Shown piece by piece: positions 37,239 to 46,135 of a stretch of DNA of 46,135 nucleotides. A program made the position numbers and the translations under genes. Source of the DNA: Pseudomonadales bacterium (lineage in GTDB: Bacteria > Pseudomonadota > Gammaproteobacteria > Pseudomonadales > DT-91); the NCBI GenBank assembly GCA_036568205.1, contig DATCSZ010000413.1, forward strand, positions 1 to 46,135, read 5' to 3'. A model generated the notes under the pieces. It was given only the letters and a program-made list of their open reading frames with translations, had not been told where the DNA came from and made no database searches. Position 1 is the first letter of the stretch; the number at the start of each line of letters is the position of its first letter.

Positions 37239-39017
37239 ATGAACAGTATTGTCCAGAGTCAACGGCAGCTTGAGCTGCGTGAGCTGTTATCCGAGCTGCG
37301 CAAGGATGAGCGCATCAGCGATGATGATGTCGATATGGTACTGCGCAAGCCGCGCAGTAAAGAAGATCTTGCCAAGCACCCGCTCACCTTTATTGCCGAA
37401 CAGGAACTGGAGGACAGGAAAAACAAGGGGCGGCTGCTGGATGAAACCGCACTGAGCCACTGGCTGGCAGAGCAGGCCGGGCTTAACCACTACGATATTG
37501 ATCCGCTGCGCGTGAATACTGCCAGGGTCACCGAGGTGATGTCGTTCGCCTATGCCAAAAAATACCGCATCCTGGCGGTTGAAGTGGAGCCGGACAAGGT
37601 GATGATTGCCTGTGCCGAACCGTACCTGACCGGCTGGGTCGACAATCTTGAGCATGTGCTGAAAAAGCCGATTGAACGGGTGGTGGCCAACCCGTCCGAG
37701 ATCAGCCGTTATATCACCGAATTTTATACCCTGGCCAAATCGATCAGCGGGGCCAGCAGCGACAGCGCCTTTGCCCTGCCCAGCAGTGGCAACCTGGAAG
37801 CCTTCATGCAGCTGGGCGAGCTGAAAGACCCGGATGCCAATGACCGCCACATTGTCACCATTGTCGACTGGCTGTTCCAGTATGCCTTTGACCAGCGCGC
37901 CAGTGACATTCATATTGAGCCGCGCCGTACTATCGGTTATGTGCGATTTCGTATCGATGGCGTGCTGCATACCGTGTATGAAATGCCGGCCCAGGTGGTG
38001 ATTGCGGTGGTCAGCCGCATCAAGAGCATGGGTCGGATGAATATTGCCGAAAAACGCAAGCCTCAGGATGGCCGGTTAAAAACCAAGACCCCGAAAGGGC
38101 TGGAAGTGGAACTGCGTTTGTCCACCCTGCCGACCGCCTTTGGCGAAAAACTGGTCATGCGTATCTTTGATCCCGAGGTGCTGCTGAAAACCTTCAACCA
38201 GCTCGGTTTTGGCCCCAACGAACGGGACCGCTGGCAAAACATGATTGCCCGGCCGGATGGCATCGTGCTGGTGACTGGCCCGACCGGTTCCGGTAAAACC
38301 ACCACCTTGTATACCACGCTGAAAATGCTGGCGACCCCCAAGGTGAATGTCTGCACCATAGAAGACCCGATAGAAATGGTGGAAGACAGCTTTAACCAGA
38401 TGCAGGTGCAGCATTCGATTAACCTGGATTTTGCCGCCGGTGTGCGGGCGTTGCTGCGCCAGGACCCGGACATCATCATGATCGGCGAGATCCGGGACCG
38501 GGAAACTGCCGAAATGGCGGTGCAGGCCGCGCTGACCGGTCACCTGGTTATCTCGACACTGCACACCAATGATGCGCCGTCGGCAATAACCCGTTTGCTG
38601 GAGATCGGCCTGCCATCCTACCTGGTGCGCGCCACCTTGCTGGGCATCATGGCGCAGCGACTGGTGCGTACCCTGTGCCCGCATTGCAAGGTGGAGGGTG
38701 AGCTGGATGAGGAGTTGTGGAATGAGCTGGTGGCGCCGTGGAAAGCTGAAAAGCCGGCGCGTGTCTACAAGCCGGTCGGTTGCCTGGAGTGCCGCAACAC
38801 CGGATTCCGTGGTCGCCAGGGCATTTACGAGATCCTGCCGATGAGTACCGAAGTACAAAAATACGTTATCAATGAGTGTGATCTTGCTGCCATGCGCCGC
38901 CAGGGCATGAAAGAAGGCATGCGAACATTGCGGCTGAGCGGCGCCCAGAAAGTAGCTGCCGGTGTCACCACTATCGAGGAAGTCATGCGCGTTGCGCCTG
39001 CTCCGATCAACCGGTAA
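37239..39017 (+). CDS. GspE/PilB-family secretion ATPase (orphan)
   Basis: 592 aa from the ATG at 37239. T2SSE N-domain and Walker A GPTGSGKTTT. Also DPDIIMIGEIRD, TGHLVISTLHTN and the tetracysteine CPHC...CLEC. Confidence 0.85.
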   Translation: MNSIVQSQRQLELRELLSELRKDERISDDDVDMVLRKPRSKEDLAKHPLTFIAEQELEDRKNKGRLLDETALSHWLAEQAGLNHYDIDPLRVNTARVTEVMSFAYAKKYRILAVEVEPDKVMIACAEPYLTGWVDNLEHVLKKPIERVVANPSEISRYITEFYTLAKSISGASSDSAFALPSSGNLEAFMQLGELKDPDANDRHIVTIVDWLFQYAFDQRASDIHIEPRRTIGYVRFRIDGVLHTVYEMPAQVVIAVVSRIKSMGRMNIAEKRKPQDGRLKTKTPKGLEVELRLSTLPTAFGEKLVMRIFDPEVLLKTFNQLGFGPNERDRWQNMIARPDGIVLVTGPTGSGKTTTLYTTLKMLATPKVNVCTIEDPIEMVEDSFNQMQVQHSINLDFAAGVRALLRQDPDIIMIGEIRDRETAEMAVQAALTGHLVISTLHTNDAPSAITRLLEIGLPSYLVRATLLGIMAQRLVRTLCPHCKVEGELDEELWNELVAPWKAEKPARVYKPVGCLECRNTGFRGRQGIYEILPMSTEVQKYVINECDLAAMRRQGMKEGMRTLRLSGAQKVAAGVTTIEEVMRVAPAPINR

Positions 39018-39022
39018 TTCCG

Positions 39023-41944
39023 ATGAGAGAAAATATCTACCTGCCGGCGGAAGAAGCCGGCATGGCGCTGGAAACCATCCTCAACGCCTGCAGCGATGAA
39101 CAGCGCTGGCAGCTGGAAAAACACCTGGACGATGCCGTTACCCGCAGCCTGCTGGAAAAAGGCCTGGCTGCCAGCTGTTATCTGCAGCGTATCTGGGCGG
39201 CAAAGCCGGCGCTGTTGCTGGCCGTGCTGGAAGACCCGATGCTGCAGCAGGATGCCGGCCATGATGATTTTGTCAGGGCGCTGGCAATGCCAATCGACAG
39301 CGAGGCAGAACTTGACAGTTTTTTGCGCCGCCAGCGCCAGTTGCAGATGGGCCGTTTTATCCTGCGTGATGTCAACCGGCTGTGTTCCACCGCCCGGCTG
39401 ATCAGCGAATTGTCATTGTTTGCCGATGCTGCCATTGACCGTGCATTGCAATGGCATTACCAGGCGCTGGTGGCTCAACACGGCCAGCCTGTCGGTCGTG
39501 ACAGTGGTGATGTCCAGCAGATGGTGGTGCTCGGTATGGGCAAGCTGGGCGCCGGGGAGCTGAACCTGTCATCGGATATTGACCTGATTTTCAGCTACCC
39601 GGAAGCTGGCCAGACCGACGGCCGGCGGCCGCTGGAAAACCAGCAGTTTTTTACCCGGCTGGGCCAGAAGCTGATCAAGACACTGGACAAGATTACCATC
39701 GACGGTTTTGTTTTCCGCGTTGACATGCGGCTGCGCCCGTATGGCCAGAGCGGTGCGCTGGCGCTGAATTTTGATGCAATGGAACTGTATTACGAAGACC
39801 AGGGCCGTGAATGGGAGCGTTATGCGATGATCAAGGCGCGCTGTGTGGCCGGTGACCAGGTCGCTGGTGCCGAGCTGCTGGCGCGGCTGAAGCCGTTTGT
39901 CTATCGCAAGTACACGGATTTTTCCGCAATCCTGGCGTTGCGTGAGATGAAGGCGCTGATCAACCGTGAAGTGCGTCGTCTAGGCAAACACAATGACGTC
40001 AAACTCGGTGCCGGTGGCATCCGTGAAATCGAGTTTATCGCCCAGGCCTACCAGCTGATTTATGGTGGTCGGGATGAAAACCTGCAGCAACGCAGTGTTA
40101 TCAAGGTGCTGCAATACCTGGGTGAGCGCCAGCTGTTCCCCGGCGATGCGGCCAGCCAGCTGGTCGATGCCTATTATTTTTTGCGTAATGTCGAGCACCT
40201 GATCCAGGCGGCCAATGACGAACAGACCCAGCGTCTGCCGGAAGATGCCGCCGGCATGGCGCGTATTGCCTTTGCCATGGGCTTTGCTGATGTTGATGCG
40301 TTTATGGCGCATCTGGATGAACGGCGCGATATTGTGCGACGCCATTTTGCCGATGTGGTGGCCGACCAGCAGGACGAAGACCAGGAAACCTTCAGCCAGT
40401 GGCAGCAAATCTGGCTGGAGCCGGACGAGTTTTTTGCCGAGCACCTGGTGGATAACGGTTTTGATGAGCAGGAAATCGCCACCCTGCTGGCATTGAAGAA
40501 TGATCCGCGCCTGGATCGCATGGAGCCGATAGCGCTGGGCCGCCTGAATACGTTTATGCCGCATTTCCTTTGTGCACTGGCAGCTACGCAGCAGCGCGGC
40601 GACGCGGTCAGCAGTCTGGTGGCGCTGATCGAATCAGTGCTGCGCCGCACGGCCTATCTGCTGTTGCTGAACGAAAACCCGAAGGCGCTGGAGCGTCTGA
40701 TTACACTGGCGGCGGCAAGCCCGTGGAGCATGCAGCAGCTGGCGCGCCACCCGGTGCTGCTGGACGAGCTGATCACCGATCGCGGCCTCGGTTATGTGCC
40801 GGAGGCGGCTGAGCTGAAAGAGCTGCTGCGCCAGCAGGGCCTGCGCCTGAATATTGATGACATGGAAGGGCATATGCAGATGCTGCGTTATTTCCGCCTT
40901 GCCCATCATTTGCATATTGTTGCAGCTGAAGCCAGCGGCAAACTGCCGTTAATGAAAGTGAGTGATTACCTTACCTTTCTTGCCGAGGCAATTCTGGAGT
41001 ACGTGCTGGACCTGGCCTGGCTGCAGATGGTGGAAAAACACGGCTACCCGACGCGCAATGGTGAAAGTCGCAGCAGGGCCGATTTTGCCATTATCGGCTA
41101 TGGCAAGCTGGGTGGCATCGAGCTGAGCCACAGCTCCGACCTGGACCTGATTTTCCTCTACGACAGTGATGACCTGGGTGAAACCGATGGTGACAAGCCA
41201 CTGGAAAACCGGGTGTTTTTTACCCGTATGGGGCAGCGCATCATCCACCTGCTGACCACCCGCACCATGCTCGGCCCGCTCTACGAGGTCGATATGCGGC
41301 TGCGGCCATCCGGCGGCAAGGGCTTGCTGGTCAGCACGGTGACTGCGTTTGAGAAATACCAGCAAAGCCAGGCCTGGACCTGGGAGCACCAGGCGCTGGT
41401 GCGTGCCCGGGCGATTGCCGGTTCGCCAGCGCTGATCGACGAGTTCTACCGTATCCGTAACAGCATCATGACCCGTGAGCGGCAGCCGGCCGTGTTGCGG
41501 CGCGAGGTGGTGGAGATGCGCGAGAAAATGCACGAGCACCTGGCGCCGAAGGATGCTCGCGGTGATGATGCCGGCGTTTTTCACCTCAAGCACAGCCGCG
41601 GGGGGATTGTCGATATTGAATTCATGGTACAATACGCCGTTCTGGCTTACAGCCATGCACACCCGGCGATTACCCGCTACAGCGACAATATCCGCATACT
41701 CGAGTCGCTCAGCGAGGTCGGCCTGATGGCCGATGCCGATGCGCAGCGGCTGATTGATGTATACCGCGAATACCGCGCTGAAGTACACAAGCTGGCACTG
41801 TTACAACAAAAAAGCCGGGTGCCTGCCGACCGTTTTGTCGAGCAGCGGCATTTTGTGCAGGATATGTGGAGCCGGCTGCTGGGCAGCCATCTGCAGGACA
41901 ACGAACACCGACCAGACGGCGAACCGGCTGGCGAACAAGCTTAA
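39023..41944 (+). CDS. glnE: Bifunctional glutamine synthetase adenylyltransferase / adenylyl-removing enzyme
   Basis: 973 aa. Two nucleotidyltransferase cores, GMGKLGAGELNLSSDIDLIF and GYGKLGGIELSHSSDLDLIF. The start could instead be Met14. Confidence 0.9.
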   Translation: MRENIYLPAEEAGMALETILNACSDEQRWQLEKHLDDAVTRSLLEKGLAASCYLQRIWAAKPALLLAVLEDPMLQQDAGHDDFVRALAMPIDSEAELDSFLRRQRQLQMGRFILRDVNRLCSTARLISELSLFADAAIDRALQWHYQALVAQHGQPVGRDSGDVQQMVVLGMGKLGAGELNLSSDIDLIFSYPEAGQTDGRRPLENQQFFTRLGQKLIKTLDKITIDGFVFRVDMRLRPYGQSGALALNFDAMELYYEDQGREWERYAMIKARCVAGDQVAGAELLARLKPFVYRKYTDFSAILALREMKALINREVRRLGKHNDVKLGAGGIREIEFIAQAYQLIYGGRDENLQQRSVIKVLQYLGERQLFPGDAASQLVDAYYFLRNVEHLIQAANDEQTQRLPEDAAGMARIAFAMGFADVDAFMAHLDERRDIVRRHFADVVADQQDEDQETFSQWQQIWLEPDEFFAEHLVDNGFDEQEIATLLALKNDPRLDRMEPIALGRLNTFMPHFLCALAATQQRGDAVSSLVALIESVLRRTAYLLLLNENPKALERLITLAAASPWSMQQLARHPVLLDELITDRGLGYVPEAAELKELLRQQGLRLNIDDMEGHMQMLRYFRLAHHLHIVAAEASGKLPLMKVSDYLTFLAEAILEYVLDLAWLQMVEKHGYPTRNGESRSRADFAIIGYGKLGGIELSHSSDLDLIFLYDSDDLGETDGDKPLENRVFFTRMGQRIIHLLTTRTMLGPLYEVDMRLRPSGGKGLLVSTVTAFEKYQQSQAWTWEHQALVRARAIAGSPALIDEFYRIRNSIMTRERQPAVLRREVVEMREKMHEHLAPKDARGDDAGVFHLKHSRGGIVDIEFMVQYAVLAYSHAHPAITRYSDNIRILESLSEVGLMADADAQRLIDVYREYRAEVHKLALLQQKSRVPADRFVEQRHFVQDMWSRLLGSHLQDNEHRPDGEPAGEQA

Positions 41945-41963
41945 TCATCCGGGAGAAAATACA

Positions 41964-42893
41964 ATGTCGATGGCAGATCGTGAAGGCGTCATCTGGTTTG
42001 ATGGTGAAATGGTGGACTGGAAAGACGCGCGCGTGCACGTACTGACCCACACCCTGCACTATGGCCTTGGGGTCTTTGAAGGCGTGCGCGCCTATCACAC
42101 CGAATCGCAGGGCACCTGCATATTCCGCATGAAGGAGCATACCGACCGCCTGTTCCGCTCGGCGCATATCCTGCAAATGCAGATGCCGTTCGACAAGCAG
42201 ACCATCAACGAGGCACAAAAGGCCGTAGTGCGGGAAAACGGCCTGCAGGAAGCCTACCTGCGGCCGATGTGTTTTTACGGCTCCGAAGGCATGGGCCTGC
42301 GTGCCGACAACCTGAAAACCCATGTCATTGTGGCCGCCTGGAGCTGGCCTTCCTATATGAGCCCGGAAGCGCGTGACAACGGCATCAAGGTGCGCACCTC
42401 GTCTTATACCCGTCACCACGTCAATATCTCGATGTGCAAGGCCAAGGCCAACGGCCATTACATCAACTCGATGCTGGCGCTGAAAGAAGCGCTGTCAGCC
42501 GGTGCCGAGGAGGCCCTGTTGCTGGACAATGAAGGCTATGTGGCGGAAGGCAGCGGCGAGAATATTTTTATTGTGCGTGATGGCAAACTGTATACGCCGG
42601 AGCTGACCTCCTGCCTGGATGGCATTACCCGTAACACCATTTTTGCGCTGGCCGACGAGCTGGGCCTGCCGGTTATCGAAAAACGCATCACCCGCGACGA
42701 GGTCTATATCGCTGATGAGGCCTTCTTTACCGGCACCGCGGCCGAAGTGTTGCCGATCCGTGAGCTGGATAGCCGCAGCATCGGTGAAGGCCGCCGTGGC
42801 CCAATTACCACCCAATTGCAAAGCATGTATTTTGACCAGGTGAAAGGCAAGCGCAGCCAGCACAGTGAATGGCTGTCGCCGGTAGCCAAATAA
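41964..42893 (+). CDS. ilvE: Branched-chain amino-acid aminotransferase
   Basis: 309 aa from the ATG at 41964 (GGGAGAA RBS). HTLHYGLGVFEGVRAY and KAKANGHYINS. Conserved glnE-ilvE pairing. Confidence 0.9.
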   Translation: MSMADREGVIWFDGEMVDWKDARVHVLTHTLHYGLGVFEGVRAYHTESQGTCIFRMKEHTDRLFRSAHILQMQMPFDKQTINEAQKAVVRENGLQEAYLRPMCFYGSEGMGLRADNLKTHVIVAAWSWPSYMSPEARDNGIKVRTSSYTRHHVNISMCKAKANGHYINSMLALKEALSAGAEEALLLDNEGYVAEGSGENIFIVRDGKLYTPELTSCLDGITRNTIFALADELGLPVIEKRITRDEVYIADEAFFTGTAAEVLPIRELDSRSIGEGRRGPITTQLQSMYFDQVKGKRSQHSEWLSPVAK

Positions 42894-42910
42894 CCGGTAC
42901 GATCGGGACA

Positions 42911-42932
42911 AGCGGCTGCGGCCGCTTTTTTA
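42911..42932 (+). terminator. Rho-independent terminator of ilvE
   Basis: AGCGGC-tgcg-GCCGCT followed by TTTTTT. Confidence 0.75.
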
Positions 42933-42958
42933 TTGGCCTGGAAAAACAGCCGGACTGC

Positions 42959-43222
42959 CTATTTCATCACCTTGCGGATTTTCTGGTAGCCATTGCGGAT
43001 TTCTTCCAGCAGCAGTTGCAGGGCTTCGGCAATGTCCTCGCCGGCATCATCGGCTTCGTCAGCGGCGCGGTGCAGTTTCAGGTTGACATTGTCCCAGTGG
43101 TGTTCCACCTGGTGCCACATGTCCTGCATTTCCATGCTGGCCAGGTGCAACTTCAGGCGCAGTTCGTCACGTTCCTGTTTCAGGCTGTCGATCAGTTGGC
43201 GGGTATCGGTTTTTACGGCCAT
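42959..43222 (-). CDS. Small all-helical or coiled-coil hypothetical protein (87 aa)
   Basis: ATG at 43222 with a GGGAGC RBS. The sequence is charged and heptad-like (LIDSLKQERDELRLKLHLASMEMQDMWHQVEHHW). No family recognised. Confidence 0.45.
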   Translation of the reverse strand: MAVKTDTRQLIDSLKQERDELRLKLHLASMEMQDMWHQVEHHWDNVNLKLHRAADEADDAGEDIAEALQLLLEEIRNGYQKIRKVMK

Positions 43223-43328
43223 GTCGTGCTGCTCCCAAGCTATGTTCAGTGCTGCCAAGCATAGTAAAAAACCCGGCACAACAGGCTTGATGTACATCAA
43301 TATTGCAGCGAATCAAGGTTGCGCCGGT

Positions 43329-43715
43329 TCACAACGGCGGGGTATCCAGCAGCACGGTGACCGTTTTCAGCAGTTGATTGTCCGGGGTTTTGATATGCAG
43401 CACAAAATCCAGGTAGGGCTCGATAATCGGCTGGCTGGATGTGATCAGCAGCAGCGGGTCGCTATCGTTTTTGCGCAGCAGGGCAAAGCGCAGTTGCTGG
43501 TGGCTGTGACTGAATTCCACGCCCAGCTTGCGGTAATCAGCCAGATCAGCAATGGCAATGCTGATCTGTTCATCAGTGAGATCACCGAGGCCGCGCAGCG
43601 GCATTTCCAGCATCAGCGGCTGGCCAAGGTGGGAGTGAACCGTGATGGTGCCGGCGCCGATGGCCAGCAGCGGGTTGCTGGCCAGCAACAACAGGCAGAG
43701 CAAAAGCTGTTTCAT
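43329..43715 (-). CDS. Secreted FimV N-terminal-domain-only protein (128 aa)
   Basis: Signal peptide MKQLLLCLLLLASNPLLA. GTITVHSHLGQPLMLEMPL...LTDEQI...PIIEPYLDFVLHI...LLKTVTVLLDTP parallels the conserved N-terminal region of FimV. There is no LysM, TM or C-terminal part. Confidence 0.55.
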   Translation of the reverse strand: MKQLLLCLLLLASNPLLAIGAGTITVHSHLGQPLMLEMPLRGLGDLTDEQISIAIADLADYRKLGVEFSHSHQQLRFALLRKNDSDPLLLITSSQPIIEPYLDFVLHIKTPDNQLLKTVTVLLDTPPL

Positions 43716-43841
43716 GGAGGGCTTCCTGGAAATGACCAGCACAAAGCATAGCGCATGCCGCTGCGCTGAGGTAGTGCGGCGCTTTTATCGAGCTGGCGAT
43801 GCGGCTAGAATGTGACGCTTTGCCAAGCAACAGGTGATGAT

Positions 43842-44303
43842 ATGACCACAGTATTCAAAACGCCGCACGATCTGGCGGCGAAACAGGGTGAAAGCCTCGG
43901 TGCCACAGACTGGCTGATCATCGAGCAGGACCGCATCAACCAGTTTGCCGACGCCACCGGCGACCACCAGTGGATTCATGTGGATCCGCAAAAAGCCAAG
44001 GATGGCCCGTTTGGTGCCTGTGTGGCGCACGGCTACCTGACCCTGTCGCTGGTCAATTATTTCCTGCCGCAGCTGATTGATGTGCAGGGCATCAAGATGG
44101 GCGTCAATGTGGGCCTGGATCGTGTGCGTTTCCCGTCGCCGGTAACAGTGGGTTCGCGTATCCGCGGTGTGGGCGAGCTGGTCAGTGTTGAGGAAATCAA
44201 GGGTGCCATCCAGTCGATTGTGCGTGTCACGGTCGAGATTGAAGGCAGTGACAAGCCGGCCTGCGTGGCCGATACCATTTCCCGCTATTTCCCGGCCGAC
44301 TGA
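43842..44303 (+). CDS. MaoC-like (R)-specific enoyl-CoA hydratase / hot-dog dehydratase
   Basis: 153 aa. INQFADATGDHQWIHVDPQKAKDGPFGACVAHGYLTLSL. Confidence 0.75.
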   Translation: MTTVFKTPHDLAAKQGESLGATDWLIIEQDRINQFADATGDHQWIHVDPQKAKDGPFGACVAHGYLTLSLVNYFLPQLIDVQGIKMGVNVGLDRVRFPSPVTVGSRIRGVGELVSVEEIKGAIQSIVRVTVEIEGSDKPACVADTISRYFPAD

Positions 44304-44755
44304 TGCTGGACAAGCTGGCGCTGTCGCTGCTGGATGCGCAGCCGGAATGCACCCTCTGCTGGGTGACCGGCGATGGCATGCCGGCTGCGACAGTGGTCAG
44401 CTATCTGTATGCCGACGGCTGCCTGTGGATGACGGCCGAAAGCCATGCGCCGCGCCTGCGGGCGATAGCCCGCCAACCGCAGCTGGCGGTGGTGGTCAGC
44501 GGCACCGGCAGCAAGCTGGGCCATACCCGCTGTGTATCGCTGCGCGGTCATTGCGAGATGCTCACCGACAAGGCCACCCGCGACTGGTTTTTCCCGCGTT
44601 TTGCCAGGCGGGTGTTGCCGAAAAGCCGTATCGGCGCACGCATGATGGCCGCCTCGATGAATAACGAAAACAACGTGGTGCTGCGATTTACGCCGCAGTG
44701 GGTGAAAACCTGGGATGCCCACAAAGCAATGGTAATGGCCAATGCAATGCCGTAA
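44303..44755 (+). CDS. Pyridoxamine 5'-phosphate oxidase-like split-barrel flavoprotein family
   Basis: 150 aa. The size and N-terminal pattern (CTLCWVTGDGMPAATVVSYLYADGCLWMT) are typical of the PPOX class. The ATG overlaps the upstream stop. Confidence 0.45.
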   Translation: MLDKLALSLLDAQPECTLCWVTGDGMPAATVVSYLYADGCLWMTAESHAPRLRAIARQPQLAVVVSGTGSKLGHTRCVSLRGHCEMLTDKATRDWFFPRFARRVLPKSRIGARMMAASMNNENNVVLRFTPQWVKTWDAHKAMVMANAMP

Positions 44756-45626
44756 CCGTTGCCTGGCAGAATTTCTAACGTCCGTACTTTTTCTTGTCTT
44801 TTCGGCTGCGCCGCTGGCTGCCAGCCCGGTATGGCGGCTCAGTGATGCTGATGGCCGGGTGGATTATATCGCGGCCACCATGCATCTGCTGCAGGCAGAT
44901 GATTATCCGCTGCCGCAAGGCTTTAACCAGGCCTACCGCGAAGCCACCGAGCTGGTCTTTGAAACCGACCTGTATGCAATGCAGGATGACGAGTTTGCCC
45001 GCCGTCTGCAGCAGCAGGGGTTTTATCCGGCCGGTACAACATTGCAGCAGGTGCTGGATGAACCCAGCTATGCATTGCTGGCAGACTATGCACGCCGCCA
45101 GGGTATGGATATGGCGGCGGTTGCCGGCATGAAAGTAGGCCTGTTGCTGGCCAATATCAGCCTGCATGAGCTGCAGCAGCGTGGCTTGTCATCCACCGGC
45201 GTTGACCTGCATTTCCTGAAGCGGGCGCTGGTGGACAAAAAGGCCGTCTACAGTCTGGAAAGCCTGGAGCAGCAGATCGACTATGTGGTGAACATGGGCC
45301 AGGGCTATGAGAGCGAGCTGGTCAGCCAGAGCCTGGCGGAACTGGCACAACTGGACGAGCAACTGGAAACCCTGCGCACAGCCTGGCGCAGCGGTGACCT
45401 GGAGACGCTGGACAGGCTGCTCAATCGTGAACTGAAAGAAAAATACCCGCCTTTGTACCGGCGCTTGCTGCTGCACCGCAATGCCGAGTGGCTGCCCTTG
45501 CTGCGCAGCCAGCTGGCCAGGCCGGGCGTGAGCCTGGTGCTGGTTGGTGCTGCCCACCTGCCCGGTGAGGATGGCCTGCTGCGCCAGCTGCAGGCAGCCG
45601 GCTGGCATATCGAACAGTTACCGTAA
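44742..45626 (+). CDS. TraB/GumN family protein, secreted
   Basis: 294 aa. Signal peptide, then IAATMHLL (GTMH-like) and C-terminal VLVGAAHLPGEDGLL motifs. Confidence 0.65.
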   Translation: MQCRNRCLAEFLTSVLFLVFSAAPLAASPVWRLSDADGRVDYIAATMHLLQADDYPLPQGFNQAYREATELVFETDLYAMQDDEFARRLQQQGFYPAGTTLQQVLDEPSYALLADYARRQGMDMAAVAGMKVGLLLANISLHELQQRGLSSTGVDLHFLKRALVDKKAVYSLESLEQQIDYVVNMGQGYESELVSQSLAELAQLDEQLETLRTAWRSGDLETLDRLLNRELKEKYPPLYRRLLLHRNAEWLPLLRSQLARPGVSLVLVGAAHLPGEDGLLRQLQAAGWHIEQLP

Positions 45627-45634
45627 GCGGAATA

Positions 45635-46126
45635 TCACAGACTGCCCGGAAACCACTGGCCAATCAGTGAGCCAATGGCATGGGTCAGTACGACGACCAG
45701 CAAGGCCATGGCAACATGCTCGGCAATAATCGGCAGGGCATGGCGCTGCTGTGAACGGCCGATAAACAGGCTGAGCAGGGTCAATGCCAGCAGGCCCCAG
45801 CCAATCGAGGCATATATTGCCAGCTGCAGCGGCAACAGCAGGTGCGGGACAACAAAGCTGATGGTCATCAGCATTTTTGAGCTAAAGGTGGCCAGCGTGA
45901 TGACCCATACCTCACGTTCGCTGCTGTCGTGTTCGGATTCCTTGCTGATGTGCATGCCAAAGGCATCGGACATGGAATCGGCAATGGCGATAACAATAAT
46001 GCCGCCCAGCACTGCCGTGCTGGAATGGGTGCTGGCACTGAGACCGGTCATCAGGCCCAGCAGCGTTATAACGCCGGAACTGAGGCCGAAGAAAATGCCG
46101 CTGACAGCCGGGTTGGCGCGGATCAT
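45635..46126 (-). CDS. VIT1/CCC1-like (DUF125) membrane protein
   Basis: 163 aa with about five TM helices. IAIADSMSDAFGMHISKESE resembles the VIT-family acidic loop. Confidence 0.45.
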   Translation of the reverse strand: MIRANPAVSGIFFGLSSGVITLLGLMTGLSASTHSSTAVLGGIIVIAIADSMSDAFGMHISKESEHDSSEREVWVITLATFSSKMLMTISFVVPHLLLPLQLAIYASIGWGLLALTLLSLFIGRSQQRHALPIIAEHVAMALLVVVLTHAIGSLIGQWFPGSL

Positions 46127-46135
46127 GCGAGACCT

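Overview
GC-rich (roughly 60% by eye, not computed) chromosomal segment of a gammaproteobacterium. The gene order recalls Pseudomonadales/Oceanospirillales: coaBC divergent from radC-rpmB-rpmG, lgt-thyA-folA, argE-argA and glnE-ilvE. It also carries SlmA and a Vibrio-type TonB2 module. I support about 40 tightly packed CDS and a few promoter and terminator candidates. I found no tRNA, rRNA, CRISPR array, IS element, transposase or integrase. All domain calls come from motifs read by eye in the supplied translations, with no searches run.

Most of the window is housekeeping: yciA, slmA, argB, algC, coaBC, radC, rpmBG, lgt, thyA, folA, ilvD, argA, argE, glnE and ilvE.

Six regions are worth a second look:
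1. 7.5-14.8 kb: a four-gene locus directly after the rpmBG terminator. It holds two tandem paralogous polytopic membrane proteins with a GT-C-like signature and two convergent AT3-SGNH acyltransferase paralogues, with no other glycan-biosynthesis genes nearby. This is my best candidate for an undescribed envelope-modification system.
2. 29.3-34.6 kb: an 865-aa Cys-rich orphan lipoprotein with two canonical EF-hand-type loops, followed by a secreted S8 protease with a CFI-box-like C-terminal tail.
3. 2.3-4.8 kb: AlgC encoded as an 830-codon ORF with a two-TM sensor-like N-terminal module.
4. 16.5-17.2 kb: a canonical-motif sirtuin with no zinc-ribbon cysteines.
5. 20.3-25.3 kb: a complete six-gene TonB2-type module abutting folA, with no receptor gene or Fur box visible.
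6. Smaller oddities: a promoter-plus-terminator candidate sRNA or leader, an AT-rich islet carrying a DUF2846-like lipoprotein, an orphan GspE-like ATPase, and a FimV N-domain-only mini-protein.

The many long ORFs antisense to these genes are treated as GC-bias artefacts.
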